The position numbers and the translations under genes are program-made. A DNA stretch of 58,897 bases, counting the filler. It is 3 parts of 3 records of this genome, joined end to end, with 100 filler letters (N's around TTAATTAATTAA, not from the genome) between each part and the next. Parts side by side here need not be neighbours in the genome. Positions count along the whole stretch, not along the records: positions 20,116 to 45,685 come from DRR723986_1382; 2 more parts are not named here. One strand, written 5' to 3'. Positions 20,997 to 30,630 of the stretch are shown here, piece by piece (positions within the stretch are counted from its first letter, which is position 1; each line of letters begins with the position of its first letter). The notes under the pieces are model-generated. The model had not been told where the DNA came from. It made no database searches and saw only the letters and a list, made by a program, of their open reading frames with translations.

Positions 20997-21440
20997 ATGC
21001 CTCAGATAATTCCGCCTGTCCTTTTCGGCCTGTTCCTGTTGTCGATGGTCCCCGTCACGATGTTGTGTCCCGGTTCGCCGATGCTTCCTGCACCGTTCCA
21101 GTGGACCGGTTTGGCAGTCGTCGCTCTGGGGTTGTTTTTCCTCAAAAAGGGGCATGGCACGTTCCTGTCGCAAGAAACGGAAATCCATACGTTCCGGCAA
21201 CCAACCCGCTTGGTTACCTCCGGCATCTACGCGCTTTCGCGCAATCCGATGTATCTTGGGTTTTTGTTGATGCTGCTCGGGGTCGCTGTCTGCACCAACG
21301 AAGCATTGAACGTCCTTTTCGCAATCGTCTTTTTTCTGGCCGCGCAGTTTTGGTATATCCCGATTGAGGAGCGGAACGCCGAGAAGACGTTTGGCCAGCC
21401 TTACCTGGACTACAGAAAAATTGTGAGGCGCTGGCTTTAG
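20997..21440 (+). CDS. Isoprenylcysteine carboxylmethyltransferase/PEMT family membrane protein
   Basis: LVTSGIYALSRNPMYLG...EE...FGQPYLDYRKIVRRWL. Confidence 0.88.
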   Translation: MPQIIPPVLFGLFLLSMVPVTMLCPGSPMLPAPFQWTGLAVVALGLFFLKKGHGTFLSQETEIHTFRQPTRLVTSGIYALSRNPMYLGFLLMLLGVAVCTNEALNVLFAIVFFLAAQFWYIPIEERNAEKTFGQPYLDYRKIVRRWL

Positions 21441-21442
21441 AA

Positions 21443-22033
21443 ATGGCAAGACCGAAGGTTGAAAACGCCGAAATCCGGGAGAGCCTGCTGCAGGCTGCGG
21501 AACACCGCTTGCGGCGGCAAGGTTCTCCGCGTTTTTCCGTGACTGATCTGGCGGCCGATTGTCGGATGTCGCAATCGAATGTCTACCGGTTTTTTCCCAA
21601 CAAGGCGGCTCTCATGGCCGGCTTGGCGGAACGCTGGTTCGCAGACGTGGAAGTTGCGCTTCAGGTGGAAATTTCAGCTGCGGAAAGCTGGCAATCGAAA
21701 CTGGCAGCTTTTGTCAGGGTGCAGCTCGTAATCAAGTCAGAAAGGTTTGACGACGATCCGGACCTGTTCCGGGCCTATCTGACTCTGGCTGGAGAGCATC
21801 CCGAACCTGTCACCATCCATGTGAGCAGATTACGGAAAATGCTGGAAGGGATCCTCGGCGCCGTATTTGAAGGACGCGAACTGAAAAGGGCGTGCGAATT
21901 GGTTGAAGACGCAACGCAACTGTTCAGGGACCCGTTTCTGATTGCCCGCCTTAGGCCAACGTGCACGGAAGAACGCGCCGAAGCGGTTCTCGCCGCGGTG
22001 CTTTCCGAATTGGAGCATCGTCTCGTGCGATAG
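21443..22033 (+). CDS. TetR/AcrR family transcriptional regulator
   Basis: MARPK...SVTDLAADCRMSQSNVYRFFPNK helix-turn-helix. Confidence 0.9.
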   Translation: MARPKVENAEIRESLLQAAEHRLRRQGSPRFSVTDLAADCRMSQSNVYRFFPNKAALMAGLAERWFADVEVALQVEISAAESWQSKLAAFVRVQLVIKSERFDDDPDLFRAYLTLAGEHPEPVTIHVSRLRKMLEGILGAVFEGRELKRACELVEDATQLFRDPFLIARLRPTCTEERAEAVLAAVLSELEHRLVR

Positions 22034-22054
22034 CTGTCACCGCGAACCTCCGCT

Positions 22055-22091
22055 AAAGGCACTGACTGTTGGACACAGCAGCTGCCTTTTT
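22055..22091 (+). terminator. Probable intrinsic terminator after tetR
   Basis: AAAGGCA-CTG-ACTGT...ACAG-CAG-CTGCCTTTTT bulged hairpin with U tract. Confidence 0.5.
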
Positions 22092-22337
22092 CGGGCGTTT
22101 GTTGGAAACAGGGCCTGCGCAAAGCCGTCTTCTGGGGTTTCAGGAGATAATTTCATGAACGAAGATCTCACAAGCGTCCTGAAAACCTCTTGTCAGGATT
22201 GTGCATCCGGTGAAAGAAAATAGGCATCTGCTGGCGCAGTACTGCGCCGATACCGGTCGCCCTTGCATGGCATTCCCATTGCCACCGTGGCAATCTGCCT
22301 CTTGAATTTGGGCGGACGGGGCGACACTAAACGGCTG

Positions 22338-24146
22338 ATGACAATAAAAAGGGAAAAGATCGGGACGGTGCTTGAGGGTGAGGGGCAGGACAGCGGAGCA
22401 GCAGCTGCTTTCGGCTGGCCGGACAAAGGAGAAAGCCGCAGCTTGAAACGGGCTGGTCGGCTGCTGGCCGTATCCGATCTGCTGTGGATTGCACAGGCCG
22501 GATTGATTTCCTGGGCGCTCGGATCGCTCCCCATGATGTTTTCCGCTGCAGATGACGGCCAGGTTATCGAAGGCGATCTGACAGGCTTGGCCTTCCAGGC
22601 TGCCGCCGGCATCGCGCTGGTTGCTGTGTTGAGAGTGTTTCTGCAAAACCGAGCCGAAACGGTTGCCCGGCAAACTGCCCGTGCAATCCAGAGCAGGGCA
22701 CGTGCAGAGCTGCTTTCCGTTGCCGCCAGAACGTCGCCATCTGCAGAATTCCCATCTTCCGGTGCCTTTGCCGCCCATGTTACCGAACAGGTCGACCTGC
22801 TCGGACCGTACTATCGGAATTTCGAACCTCAGAAGGTTCGGCTTCGTCTTGTGCCCCTCGGGATCGTTGCCGCCACTGCCGTGTTCAGTTGGGTCGGCGC
22901 GCTGATCCTGGTAGTCTGCGGGCCGCTCATTCCTGTTTTCATGGCGCTGATTGGTATGCGTGCCAAGGCTGCGAGCGAGACGCAACAGGAGGAACTGGTG
23001 CGGCTGAGCGGCAGTCTGCTGGACAGGATCAGGGGCCTGGAAACACTGACCTTGTTCGGCGCAATCGAGCGTACACAGCGGCAAATCGCTGATGCGGGCG
23101 AACGGTTCAGAACCGGCACCATGCGCGTCCTGAAGATCGCATTTCTCTCCTCAACCGTCCTGGAACTCTTTTCCGCACTCGGAATAGCCTTCTGCGCGGT
23201 CTATGTGGGGTTCTCGCTATTGGGTGAAATCCAGGCTGGAACCTGGGGCGGGCCCCTGACCTTTGCGCAGGGCCTGTTCATTCTGTTGCTCGCACCGGAG
23301 TTCTTTGCCCCCTTGCGTGCCTATGCGGCAGCCTATCATGACCGGGCAGGCGGACTTGCCGCGCGGAAGAAGCTGGCGACACTTTTCCCGTCGCGGGACA
23401 CCCCCGGAAACCCTAAGCGCGCTGAACGATCAGACGAGCCGGTCGGTTCCATTTCACTTTCAGGCCCGCCCGCCATTCAGTTCAGGTCTGTCGGCATTTC
23501 CCATGATGAGCGCTGTGTCTTCAAGGAGTTCAATCTGACGATTGAGCCGGATGAAACGCTTTTGGTCGAAGGGCCGAGCGGCAGCGGCAAGACCACACTG
23601 ATTGACGGTATACTGGGCTTCCAGGAGCCTGATTCCGGCGAAATTCAGGTGAACGACCTTACTGCAACCGCGATTGCACCATTGCTGCGTCGAAAGGTTA
23701 TATGGCTCGGCCAGTCGCCCAGGCTGTTTCACGGCAGTCTCAAGGCCAACCTCCTGAGAGCAGTTGATACATCTGCAGCGGTTACGGAAGACGATCTCTG
23801 GCAAGCCCTTCGCCTTGCCGGGGCCGAAGCGCTCGTCCAGCGCTTGCCTCGTGGTCTGGAAACACCTTTGGGAGAAGACGGTTTTGGCCTCTCGGTTGGG
23901 GAGATCCGCCGGGTGGCTCTCGCGAGGGCGGCAATGCGCAAGGATGCGGTCCTGCTGCTGGCGGACGAACCGACAGCCTCGCTTGATGAAGAAACGGCGG
24001 CAGATGTCATCGAGGGATTGCGGAACCTTTGCGATGGCCGGACCGCCATCATCGCCACACACGACCCGGCCCTTCGGAAAATCGCCTCGCGGCGGATTGA
24101 CCTGAAGGCGCTCGGCGCCCACGCCGAAGGGGAGGTGTTCGCGTGA
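22338..24146 (+). CDS. cydD: ABC exporter subunit CydD
   Basis: TMRVLKIAFLSSTVLELF, LLLAPEFFAPLR...YHDR, Walker A GPSGSGKT, LSVGE; start uncertain (22263-22338). Confidence 0.92.
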   Translation: MTIKREKIGTVLEGEGQDSGAAAAFGWPDKGESRSLKRAGRLLAVSDLLWIAQAGLISWALGSLPMMFSAADDGQVIEGDLTGLAFQAAAGIALVAVLRVFLQNRAETVARQTARAIQSRARAELLSVAARTSPSAEFPSSGAFAAHVTEQVDLLGPYYRNFEPQKVRLRLVPLGIVAATAVFSWVGALILVVCGPLIPVFMALIGMRAKAASETQQEELVRLSGSLLDRIRGLETLTLFGAIERTQRQIADAGERFRTGTMRVLKIAFLSSTVLELFSALGIAFCAVYVGFSLLGEIQAGTWGGPLTFAQGLFILLLAPEFFAPLRAYAAAYHDRAGGLAARKKLATLFPSRDTPGNPKRAERSDEPVGSISLSGPPAIQFRSVGISHDERCVFKEFNLTIEPDETLLVEGPSGSGKTTLIDGILGFQEPDSGEIQVNDLTATAIAPLLRRKVIWLGQSPRLFHGSLKANLLRAVDTSAAVTEDDLWQALRLAGAEALVQRLPRGLETPLGEDGFGLSVGEIRRVALARAAMRKDAVLLLADEPTASLDEETAADVIEGLRNLCDGRTAIIATHDPALRKIASRRIDLKALGAHAEGEVFA

Positions 24147-25849
24147 GGTCTGTCTGGCATATCATTCGCACCCAGCACCGGTACGACAGCTTCCATTTCT
24201 GGCTTGGCATTCTTGTGGCGTTGCTGCCTGCGGCTGCCGGGCTTCTTCTGCTCGGCGTTTCCGGCTGGTTCATCACCGCTGCGGCGATTGCGGGTTTGAG
24301 TGGCGCGTTCTTGAACATCTTTGCGCCAAGCGCACTCATTCGCGCCTTTGCGATTGTCCGTACTGCCGGCCGTTACGGTGAAAGGGTCCTGACACATGAC
24401 GCCACGTTCCGGTTTCTGACCGGGTTCAGAAACCGGCTGTTTGCGGCAATGGCGCTTAAGACAAACGACGGTCAGCGATCCGGATTGCTGCTCAATCGTC
24501 TGACACTCGACGTTGCCGTCCTCGATACGGTTTATTTACGTCTGGTGGTTCCTCTGGTGCTGTCGCTGGTTGTTGCTGTCTCGTTGCTTCTGGTCTGGAG
24601 CAGCGTATCGCCGCTTTTGTTGCTTACCGGAGCAGCCTTCGTTTTGGCCTGGCTCGGGCTCGCGGTCTGGACCTTTGCACGGTCCGACACCAAAACCGCC
24701 CGCCGCTCTGACGCGGCGCTGGATGCCATGCGGCTTCGAGCTGCGGATCTGGCAGCAGGCCGGCGAGATCTTGCGATTTACGGCGGTCTGGAAGCGGCGG
24801 CCGACTCGGTTCTTGTCGCCGACACGCGATTGGCGGAAGCCCAGGAGGTTGAGGATCGCCGTACCAGCAAGCTGACAGCGGGTTCCACACTCCTTGGACA
24901 GTTGTTTCTTGCCGTCATGCTTCTTGTCTGTCTGCACGAAGTCGGGAATAGCGCGCTGACGGCGGCTTTCAGCGTCGGTTTGATACTGGTGGTGATGGGG
25001 CTTCCGGAAATATTTTCGATGAGCTTGCCTGGCCTTTCCAGACTGCCTCGCGTCGCGTTGGCAGCTGGTCGGATCATGCACTTGATGCGTCGCCCCGATG
25101 AGGTCGAGCCTTCGCAGAGCCTTTCCGTACCAGAGACTGGACGCCAAGGCGCCGTGCCTGCGCTCGCTTTCGAGGACGTCAGTTTTGGCTATCCCGGTGC
25201 TGACAGACGCGTTCTGGAGGGACTCTCCTTTCACCTCGATCAGGGCGAAATTCTCGCATTGGCAGGACGCAGCGGTTGCGGCAAATCGACAATTGGGGCA
25301 TTGGCCGCTCGGTTACGAAAGCCAGGGCAGGGGAAGATACTTCTGGGTGGGCTGGAAATCGACCGTATCTCCGAGAAAGAGCTACGCCGCAAGGTTACCG
25401 TCATTGGTCAAAAGGCCTATCTCTTCAACGTGACCGTTGCCGAGAACCTGCGTGTTGCAAACCCGGATGCTGGCGACACGGAACTTTGGCGTGCGCTTGA
25501 ACAGGCGGCGCTTGCTGAACGTATTTCTGAAAATCCGAAAGGCCTGCAGACCATTCTCGGTGAGGGGGGGCTCGGATTGTCCGGTGGAGAGCAGAGGCGT
25601 CTTGCCCTGGCGCGTGCCTTTCTGACGCGGCCGGCCCTGTTTGTTCTGGACGAGATGACCGAGGGACTGGACGCCGCAACCGCTGCGGATGTTCTGGACC
25701 GGTTTTTGTCCTATCGCGGCGATGCGGCCGTCCTGATGATTGCACACCGTCGACAGGAGTTGGAGCGGGCAGACCGCGTACTGGATCTGACGGCACCATG
25801 CGGCAGCGGCATTCGGTCGCCGGAAATAATTCTTTCCGAATTTCAATGA
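24143..25849 (+). CDS. cydC: ABC exporter subunit CydC
   Basis: LLGVSGWFIT, RTAGRYGERVLTHDATF, GRSGCGKS, LSGGEQRR; GTGA overlap with cydD. Confidence 0.92.
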   Translation: MRSVWHIIRTQHRYDSFHFWLGILVALLPAAAGLLLLGVSGWFITAAAIAGLSGAFLNIFAPSALIRAFAIVRTAGRYGERVLTHDATFRFLTGFRNRLFAAMALKTNDGQRSGLLLNRLTLDVAVLDTVYLRLVVPLVLSLVVAVSLLLVWSSVSPLLLLTGAAFVLAWLGLAVWTFARSDTKTARRSDAALDAMRLRAADLAAGRRDLAIYGGLEAAADSVLVADTRLAEAQEVEDRRTSKLTAGSTLLGQLFLAVMLLVCLHEVGNSALTAAFSVGLILVVMGLPEIFSMSLPGLSRLPRVALAAGRIMHLMRRPDEVEPSQSLSVPETGRQGAVPALAFEDVSFGYPGADRRVLEGLSFHLDQGEILALAGRSGCGKSTIGALAARLRKPGQGKILLGGLEIDRISEKELRRKVTVIGQKAYLFNVTVAENLRVANPDAGDTELWRALEQAALAERISENPKGLQTILGEGGLGLSGGEQRRLALARAFLTRPALFVLDEMTEGLDAATAADVLDRFLSYRGDAAVLMIAHRRQELERADRVLDLTAPCGSGIRSPEIILSEFQ

Positions 25850-25883
25850 GTTCTCCTGCAGTTTTCCGCATCTTGAGGTTGTC

Positions 25884-25906
25884 GCGACCTAACTGTCGCA
25901 TTGACC
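25884..25906 (+). promoter_or_regulatory. Candidate RegA/PrrA/ActR-type site abutting a -35 hexamer upstream of cydA
   Basis: GCGAC-N6-GTCGC inverted repeat (25884-25899) followed by TTGACC (25901-25906). Confidence 0.45.
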
Positions 25907-26195
25907 TTGGGGGGGCGGTGGGCCACGATCAGCCCATAGGAAGACTCGTTTTCCAAGCCGGTTCATTGACGGGATTGGCGGCCGCAATCCGCATTCACTG
26001 TGAAGTTGATTGCCGTTGCCGGATCGGGACGAAAACCGGGTTTTCAATCAAGATCGACACAGGCCCGGTCTCCTCCGACAGGGCACTTACCCGTCGATCG
26101 TCCTGATGTGCAGACGTGCCTGTTGCGGTTCGATAGAACGTTGGACACGACTGCCGAAATGCTCGGGCCTCTCCGGTCCGTAAAGGGGGAATACG

Positions 26196-27800
26196 ATGGA
26201 ACTGAACGTCGTTGACCTGTCCCGGCTGCAATTTGCCATGACAGCGCTCTACCACTTCCTGTTTGTGCCTTTGACTATCGGCCTGTCGATCCTGCTGGCC
26301 ACCATGGAAACTGTCTATGTGATGACCGGCCGAGAGGTCTGGAAGCGCATGGTCAAGTTCTGGGGCACCTTGTTCGGGATCAACTTCGTCCTGGGGGTCG
26401 CTACCGGTCTGACGATGGAGTTCCAGTTCGGCATGAACTGGGCCTACTTCAGTCAGTATGTCGGCGATGTCTTTGGTGCGCCTCTGGCGATCGAGGGCCT
26501 GATGGCTTTCTTTCTGGAAGCCACATTCGTTGGGCTGTTCTTCTTCGGCTGGGACAGGCTCTCCAAGCGCCAGCATCTGGCTGCCACCTGGGCTGTCGCG
26601 ATTGGAACAAACCTTTCGGCACTCTGGATCCTGATCGCCAACGGCTGGATGCAACACCCTGTCGGGTCCGCATTCAACCCCGACACCATGCGCATGGAAG
26701 TCACCAGTTTCTATGAAGTGCTGTTCAATCCGGTGGCGCAGGCCAAGTTCGTGCACACCGTTTCTGCAGGTTACGTCACCGCGTCGATGTTCGTTCTGGG
26801 TATCTCTGCCTGGTACATGCTGAAAGGCCGACATATTCCGATCGCCAAACGATCCATGGCCATCGCGTCCGCATTCGGCTTTGCATCAGCACTTTCGGTT
26901 GTCGTTCTCGGGGATGAAAGCGGCTACGAGGCCAACCTGAACCAGAAGATGAAACTGGCGACGATCGAAGCCATGTGGGAGACCGAGCCGGCTCCGGCCT
27001 CGTTCAACGTGATTGCCTGGGCGGATATGGAGAAGCGGGAGAACGTCTTTGCCATCGAAGTGCCCTATGTCATGGGCCTGATCGCAACGCGTTCCCTCGA
27101 CACGATCATTCCCGGCATCAAGGATCTGGTTGAGCGGACAAAGGACCGCATCCGGCAGGGTGCCATAGCCTGGGATGCGCTACAGAAAATCCGGCAGGAT
27201 CCGGCAAATGCAAGTGCGGATGTCCGCGAGACCTTCCTGCAGAACGAGAACTCGCTTGGGTACGCCTATCTGCTGCTGCCGTTCACGGACAATCCGATGG
27301 AAGCGACCACCGCTCAGGTGGACGCGGCCGCCTGGTCCACCGTGCCGGAAGTCATGCCGATGTTCTATTCCTTCCGGATCATGGTGGCGTGCGGCTTCTT
27401 CTTCATCCTGATGACGACGGTGTTCTTCTACTATTCGTCGTCCGGACGGCTGGACGTTCTGAGAGAAAAGCGCCGTTGGCTGCTGCATGTCGCAGTCTGG
27501 TCGATCCCGTTGCCGTGGATCGCCTGCGAAATGGGTTGGTTCGTCGCCGAATATGGCCGCCAGCCCTGGATCATCGAAAGTATGCTGCCGACCTCTGCCG
27601 GTGTCTCGAGCCTTAGCGTGACCGAGGTCCTGCTGACGCTTGCCGGCTTTGTTGCACTCTACAGCACGCTTCTGGTGATCGAGATCACGCTGATGATCAA
27701 ATACATCAAGATCGGCCCTGAAGACGGCGAGAACCCGGATGCAGTTCCGGCCGCGCCGAAGCAGCCGGTCCCGGCCGCAGCCTCTGTACCAGCGGAGTAA
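26196..27800 (+). CDS. cydA: Cytochrome bd ubiquinol oxidase subunit I (long Q-loop)
   Basis: LSRLQFAMTALYHFLFVPLT, MEFQFGMNW, KLATIEAMW, EYGRQPW. Confidence 0.97.
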   Translation: MELNVVDLSRLQFAMTALYHFLFVPLTIGLSILLATMETVYVMTGREVWKRMVKFWGTLFGINFVLGVATGLTMEFQFGMNWAYFSQYVGDVFGAPLAIEGLMAFFLEATFVGLFFFGWDRLSKRQHLAATWAVAIGTNLSALWILIANGWMQHPVGSAFNPDTMRMEVTSFYEVLFNPVAQAKFVHTVSAGYVTASMFVLGISAWYMLKGRHIPIAKRSMAIASAFGFASALSVVVLGDESGYEANLNQKMKLATIEAMWETEPAPASFNVIAWADMEKRENVFAIEVPYVMGLIATRSLDTIIPGIKDLVERTKDRIRQGAIAWDALQKIRQDPANASADVRETFLQNENSLGYAYLLLPFTDNPMEATTAQVDAAAWSTVPEVMPMFYSFRIMVACGFFFILMTTVFFYYSSSGRLDVLREKRRWLLHVAVWSIPLPWIACEMGWFVAEYGRQPWIIESMLPTSAGVSSLSVTEVLLTLAGFVALYSTLLVIEITLMIKYIKIGPEDGENPDAVPAAPKQPVPAAASVPAE

Positions 27801-27806
27801 TCGAAA

Positions 27807-28964
27807 ATGATCCTCTATGAAATGATCGACTATTCCGTCCTGAAGATGATCTGGTGGCTGCTGCTCGGCGTCCTTCTGATCGGCTTTGCCGTGATGGATG
27901 GTTTCGACATGGGTGTGGGCGCGATGCTGCCCTTTGTTGCCGAGACAGATATCGAACGGCGTGTCGTCATCAACACGATCGGCCCGACCTGGGAAGGAAA
28001 CCAGGTTTGGTTCATCCTGGGGGGCGGGGCGATCTTTGCTGCCTGGCCGCCGCTCTATGCCATCAGCTTCTCGGGGTTCTATCTGGCGATGTTCGTGGTA
28101 TTGGCCGCGATGATCCTGCGGCCGGTAGCCTTCAAGTATCGGTCCAAGCGGCCGGATCCCTCCTGGCGCAACGCCTGGGACTGGGCACTGTTCACGGGAT
28201 CTTTCGTACCGGCGCTTGTCTTCGGTGTTGCCGTCGGCAATGTGTTGCTCGGGGTCCCGTTCTCGCTCGATAACGATCTGCGCATGACATACGAAGGTTC
28301 GTTCTTCGCTCTGTTCTCGCCGTTCTCACTGCTGTGCGGGCTGTTGTCGGTGACAATGCTCGTCACGCATGGGTCTGTCTGGCTGGTGATGCGGGCGTCA
28401 GGTGATATTGCTGTACGCGCGCGGCGGTTCGGCACAGTAACGGCAGGCCTCAGCATCGCTCTTTTCGCTCTCGGCGGGTATCTCGTTGCCAGCGGCTATG
28501 TGGAAGGTTTCCGCATTACATCCGAAGTCGATCCGAACATGGCGGCCAATCCACTGGCGAAGCAGGCGATCACCGAAGGTGGGGCGTGGATGTACAACTA
28601 CACAGTCCACCCCATCCTCTGGCTGGCCCCCGGGCTCGGGTTCCTTGGCCTGTTCGGAACGCTCGTGCTTTTGCAGACACGTTTCGAAATGCTGATCTTC
28701 CTCTTCTCGAAGCTGGCGATTTTCGGGATCATCTCGACAGTCGGTGTCTCGATGTTCCCGTTCATCCTGCCATCATCGATACAGCCCGAAGCCAGCCTGA
28801 CGGTTTGGGACGCTTCTTCCAGCCACCGGACCTTGTTCAATATGCTGGTGGCGACGCTCATCTTCCTGCCGATCATCCTTGTCTACACCGCTTGGGTGTA
28901 CAAGGTCCTGTGGGGCAAGGTGGATGAAGAAACCATCGAACGTGACAACCACAGCGCTTACTGA
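27807..28964 (+). CDS. cydB: Cytochrome bd ubiquinol oxidase subunit II
   Basis: MDGFDMGVG, GPTWEGNQVW, SLTVWDASSS. Confidence 0.97.
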   Translation: MILYEMIDYSVLKMIWWLLLGVLLIGFAVMDGFDMGVGAMLPFVAETDIERRVVINTIGPTWEGNQVWFILGGGAIFAAWPPLYAISFSGFYLAMFVVLAAMILRPVAFKYRSKRPDPSWRNAWDWALFTGSFVPALVFGVAVGNVLLGVPFSLDNDLRMTYEGSFFALFSPFSLLCGLLSVTMLVTHGSVWLVMRASGDIAVRARRFGTVTAGLSIALFALGGYLVASGYVEGFRITSEVDPNMAANPLAKQAITEGGAWMYNYTVHPILWLAPGLGFLGLFGTLVLLQTRFEMLIFLFSKLAIFGIISTVGVSMFPFILPSSIQPEASLTVWDASSSHRTLFNMLVATLIFLPIILVYTAWVYKVLWGKVDEETIERDNHSAY

Positions 28965-28976
28965 GGAGACTGCAAC

Positions 28977-29096
28977 ATGTGGTATTTTGCCTGGGTCCTC
29001 GGAATGCCTTTGGCCTGCGCCATGGCGATCCTAAACGCGATGTGGCTGGAGCTGAGGTCGGAGGACGAACGCCGCCGTCTGGAAGGCCGCAAGTAG
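28977..29096 (+). CDS. cydX: Cytochrome bd small subunit CydX (39 aa, absent from ORF track)
   Basis: Hand translation MWYFAWVLGMPLACAMAILNAMWLELRSEDERRRLEGRK*; GAGGAG RBS right after the cydB stop. Confidence 0.95.
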   Translation: MWYFAWVLGMPLACAMAILNAMWLELRSEDERRRLEGRK

Positions 29097-29129
29097 TTCC
29101 GGCTTTTCTGGAAATCGTGTTGGAAAATG

Positions 29130-29159
29130 AAAAAGCCCCGGATTGCTCCGGGGCTTTTT
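29130..29159. terminator. Bidirectional intrinsic terminator between cydX and peroxiredoxin
   Basis: AAAAAGCCCCGGA-TTGC-TCCGGGGCTTTTT perfect stem between convergent genes. Confidence 0.88.
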
Positions 29160-29180
29160 GCTAGACCAGGTCCTGGTGGA

Positions 29181-29723
29181 TCAGGCGGCCTGCACTTTTG
29201 CAGCGCGCAGCTTTTCCAGGATGTTCTGCGGCGAGGAAACGCCGTAAGGATCGCTTTCGCAGTTGTCGGAGAAGCCTTCTTCTTCGAACCACTGCTCGAC
29301 GATGCCGTCATTGATGACCGCACCATAGCGCCAGGAACGCATGCCGAACCCGAGATTGTCCTTGGCAACCAGCATGCCCATCTTGCGGGTGAACTCGCCG
29401 GATCCATCCGGAATAACCTTGACGTTCTCGACGCCCTGAGCCTTTGCCCAGGCATTCATCACAAAAGCGTCGTTGACGGAGATGCAGTAGATTTCATCAA
29501 CGCCTTCAGCCTTGAACTCTTCAAACAGCTTTTCGAAATCCGGAAGCTGATAGGTGGAGCAGGTCGGAGTGAATGCGCCTGGAAGCGAAAACAGAACGAC
29601 CTTCTTGCCCTTGAAGTAGTCGTCGCTGGTCTTGTCTTCCCAGCGGAACGGGTTCGGACCTTCAATGGATTCATCACGGACGCGGGTGCGGAAGGTAACG
29701 AACGGAACTTTTTTGCTGAGCAT
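29181..29723 (-). CDS. Peroxiredoxin (Prx5/redoxin family)
   Basis: FSLPGAFTPTCS, SVNDAFVM, LGFGMRSWRY. Confidence 0.93.
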   Translation of the reverse strand: MLSKKVPFVTFRTRVRDESIEGPNPFRWEDKTSDDYFKGKKVVLFSLPGAFTPTCSTYQLPDFEKLFEEFKAEGVDEIYCISVNDAFVMNAWAKAQGVENVKVIPDGSGEFTRKMGMLVAKDNLGFGMRSWRYGAVINDGIVEQWFEEEGFSDNCESDPYGVSSPQNILEKLRAAKVQAA

Positions 29724-30005
29724 CGCAAACTCCAGAAATTGAACGGTTGCAAACTGTCCAGGGTGCCGAAATCGTGCCTTGCCCGCGGGAGGAGAACCGG
29801 GCAGGGCACAAGCGCCCTGAAAGTGGAGGAGAAGTTCGGCCTAGCCCATTTGCTGCAATGCCGCAATCCATTTTGCTCCGCAATAGACAAGAAGCCTGTG
29901 CGAAGCACTCAATCGAGGCGATATGCCGCTGGTCGGCATTTCCAGGGGCACGGTTGGCGGACTTCTGTGGGTGGTCCGCCTTTTCCGGAAAAAGCACTCA
30001 AATCA

Positions 30006-30014
30006 TTGTATACA
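30006..30014. promoter_or_regulatory. Possible GntR-type operator upstream of the TRAP operon
   Basis: TTGTATACA palindromic core about 145 nt upstream of dctQ; short, may be chance. Confidence 0.3.
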
Positions 30015-30156
30015 CGCTCAATTTCGGTCATTAAGCTGACCACGTCCCGTGCGGTTCGCCTTTGGCGCAATGCGGGGCTGAGGAGGGGGCTCCAGAAGGT
30101 CGGGTCTTGACGCCGTGACCAGAGCGAAATGCGACTTCCAGCAGCAAGAGTGATGA

Positions 30157-30630
30157 ATGCGTAGGGTCTTTCGGGCGGTACACATGCTTTGCATGGGGTT
30201 TGCCGCGATCGTCTTTTTCGGCCAGCTGGCCATGGTGCTCATGCGCTATCTGCTTGGCTTCGGTCTTCTGGAAATCCAGGACGCGGTCAACTACGCTTTT
30301 GCAGCCCTCGTGGCCCTTTCTGTCGCCGTTTCCTTCGATGCAGACAAGCACGTGCGGGTCGATGTATTTCGCCAGAATTGGAGCGAGCGGACAAACCGGC
30401 GTATCGACTGGGTTGGAGACCTCCTGCTCGCGCTTCCGGTCTTTGCGATCATGCTCTGGACGGCATTCCCGCTCGTCAAAAGCTCCTGGGCGATATTGGA
30501 AGGCTCTCCGGAAACCGGCGGTCTGCCCGGCCTGTTTCTGGTCAAGACCTGTCTGGTGATCCTGCCTGCGCTGGTGGTGATCTACATTCTTCAAAAGCTG
30601 TTCGGTGCGATGCGACGGAAATTTTCATGA
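30157..30630 (+). CDS. dctQ: TRAP transporter small permease
   Basis: Four TM segments, VLMRY...HVRVDVF...EGSPETGGLP. Confidence 0.88.
   Translation: MRRVFRAVHMLCMGFAAIVFFGQLAMVLMRYLLGFGLLEIQDAVNYAFAALVALSVAVSFDADKHVRVDVFRQNWSERTNRRIDWVGDLLLALPVFAIMLWTAFPLVKSSWAILEGSPETGGLPGLFLVKTCLVILPALVVIYILQKLFGAMRRKFS

Noticed and set aside
30189..30626. N-terminal extensions in the ORF track (dctM from 30189, BKACE from 55169, ureohydrolase from 52333, ATP-grasp from 52351, dadA from 19278)
   Set aside because: They overlap neighbouring genes, and downstream starts fit better by RBS or stop/start coupling and family N-termini.
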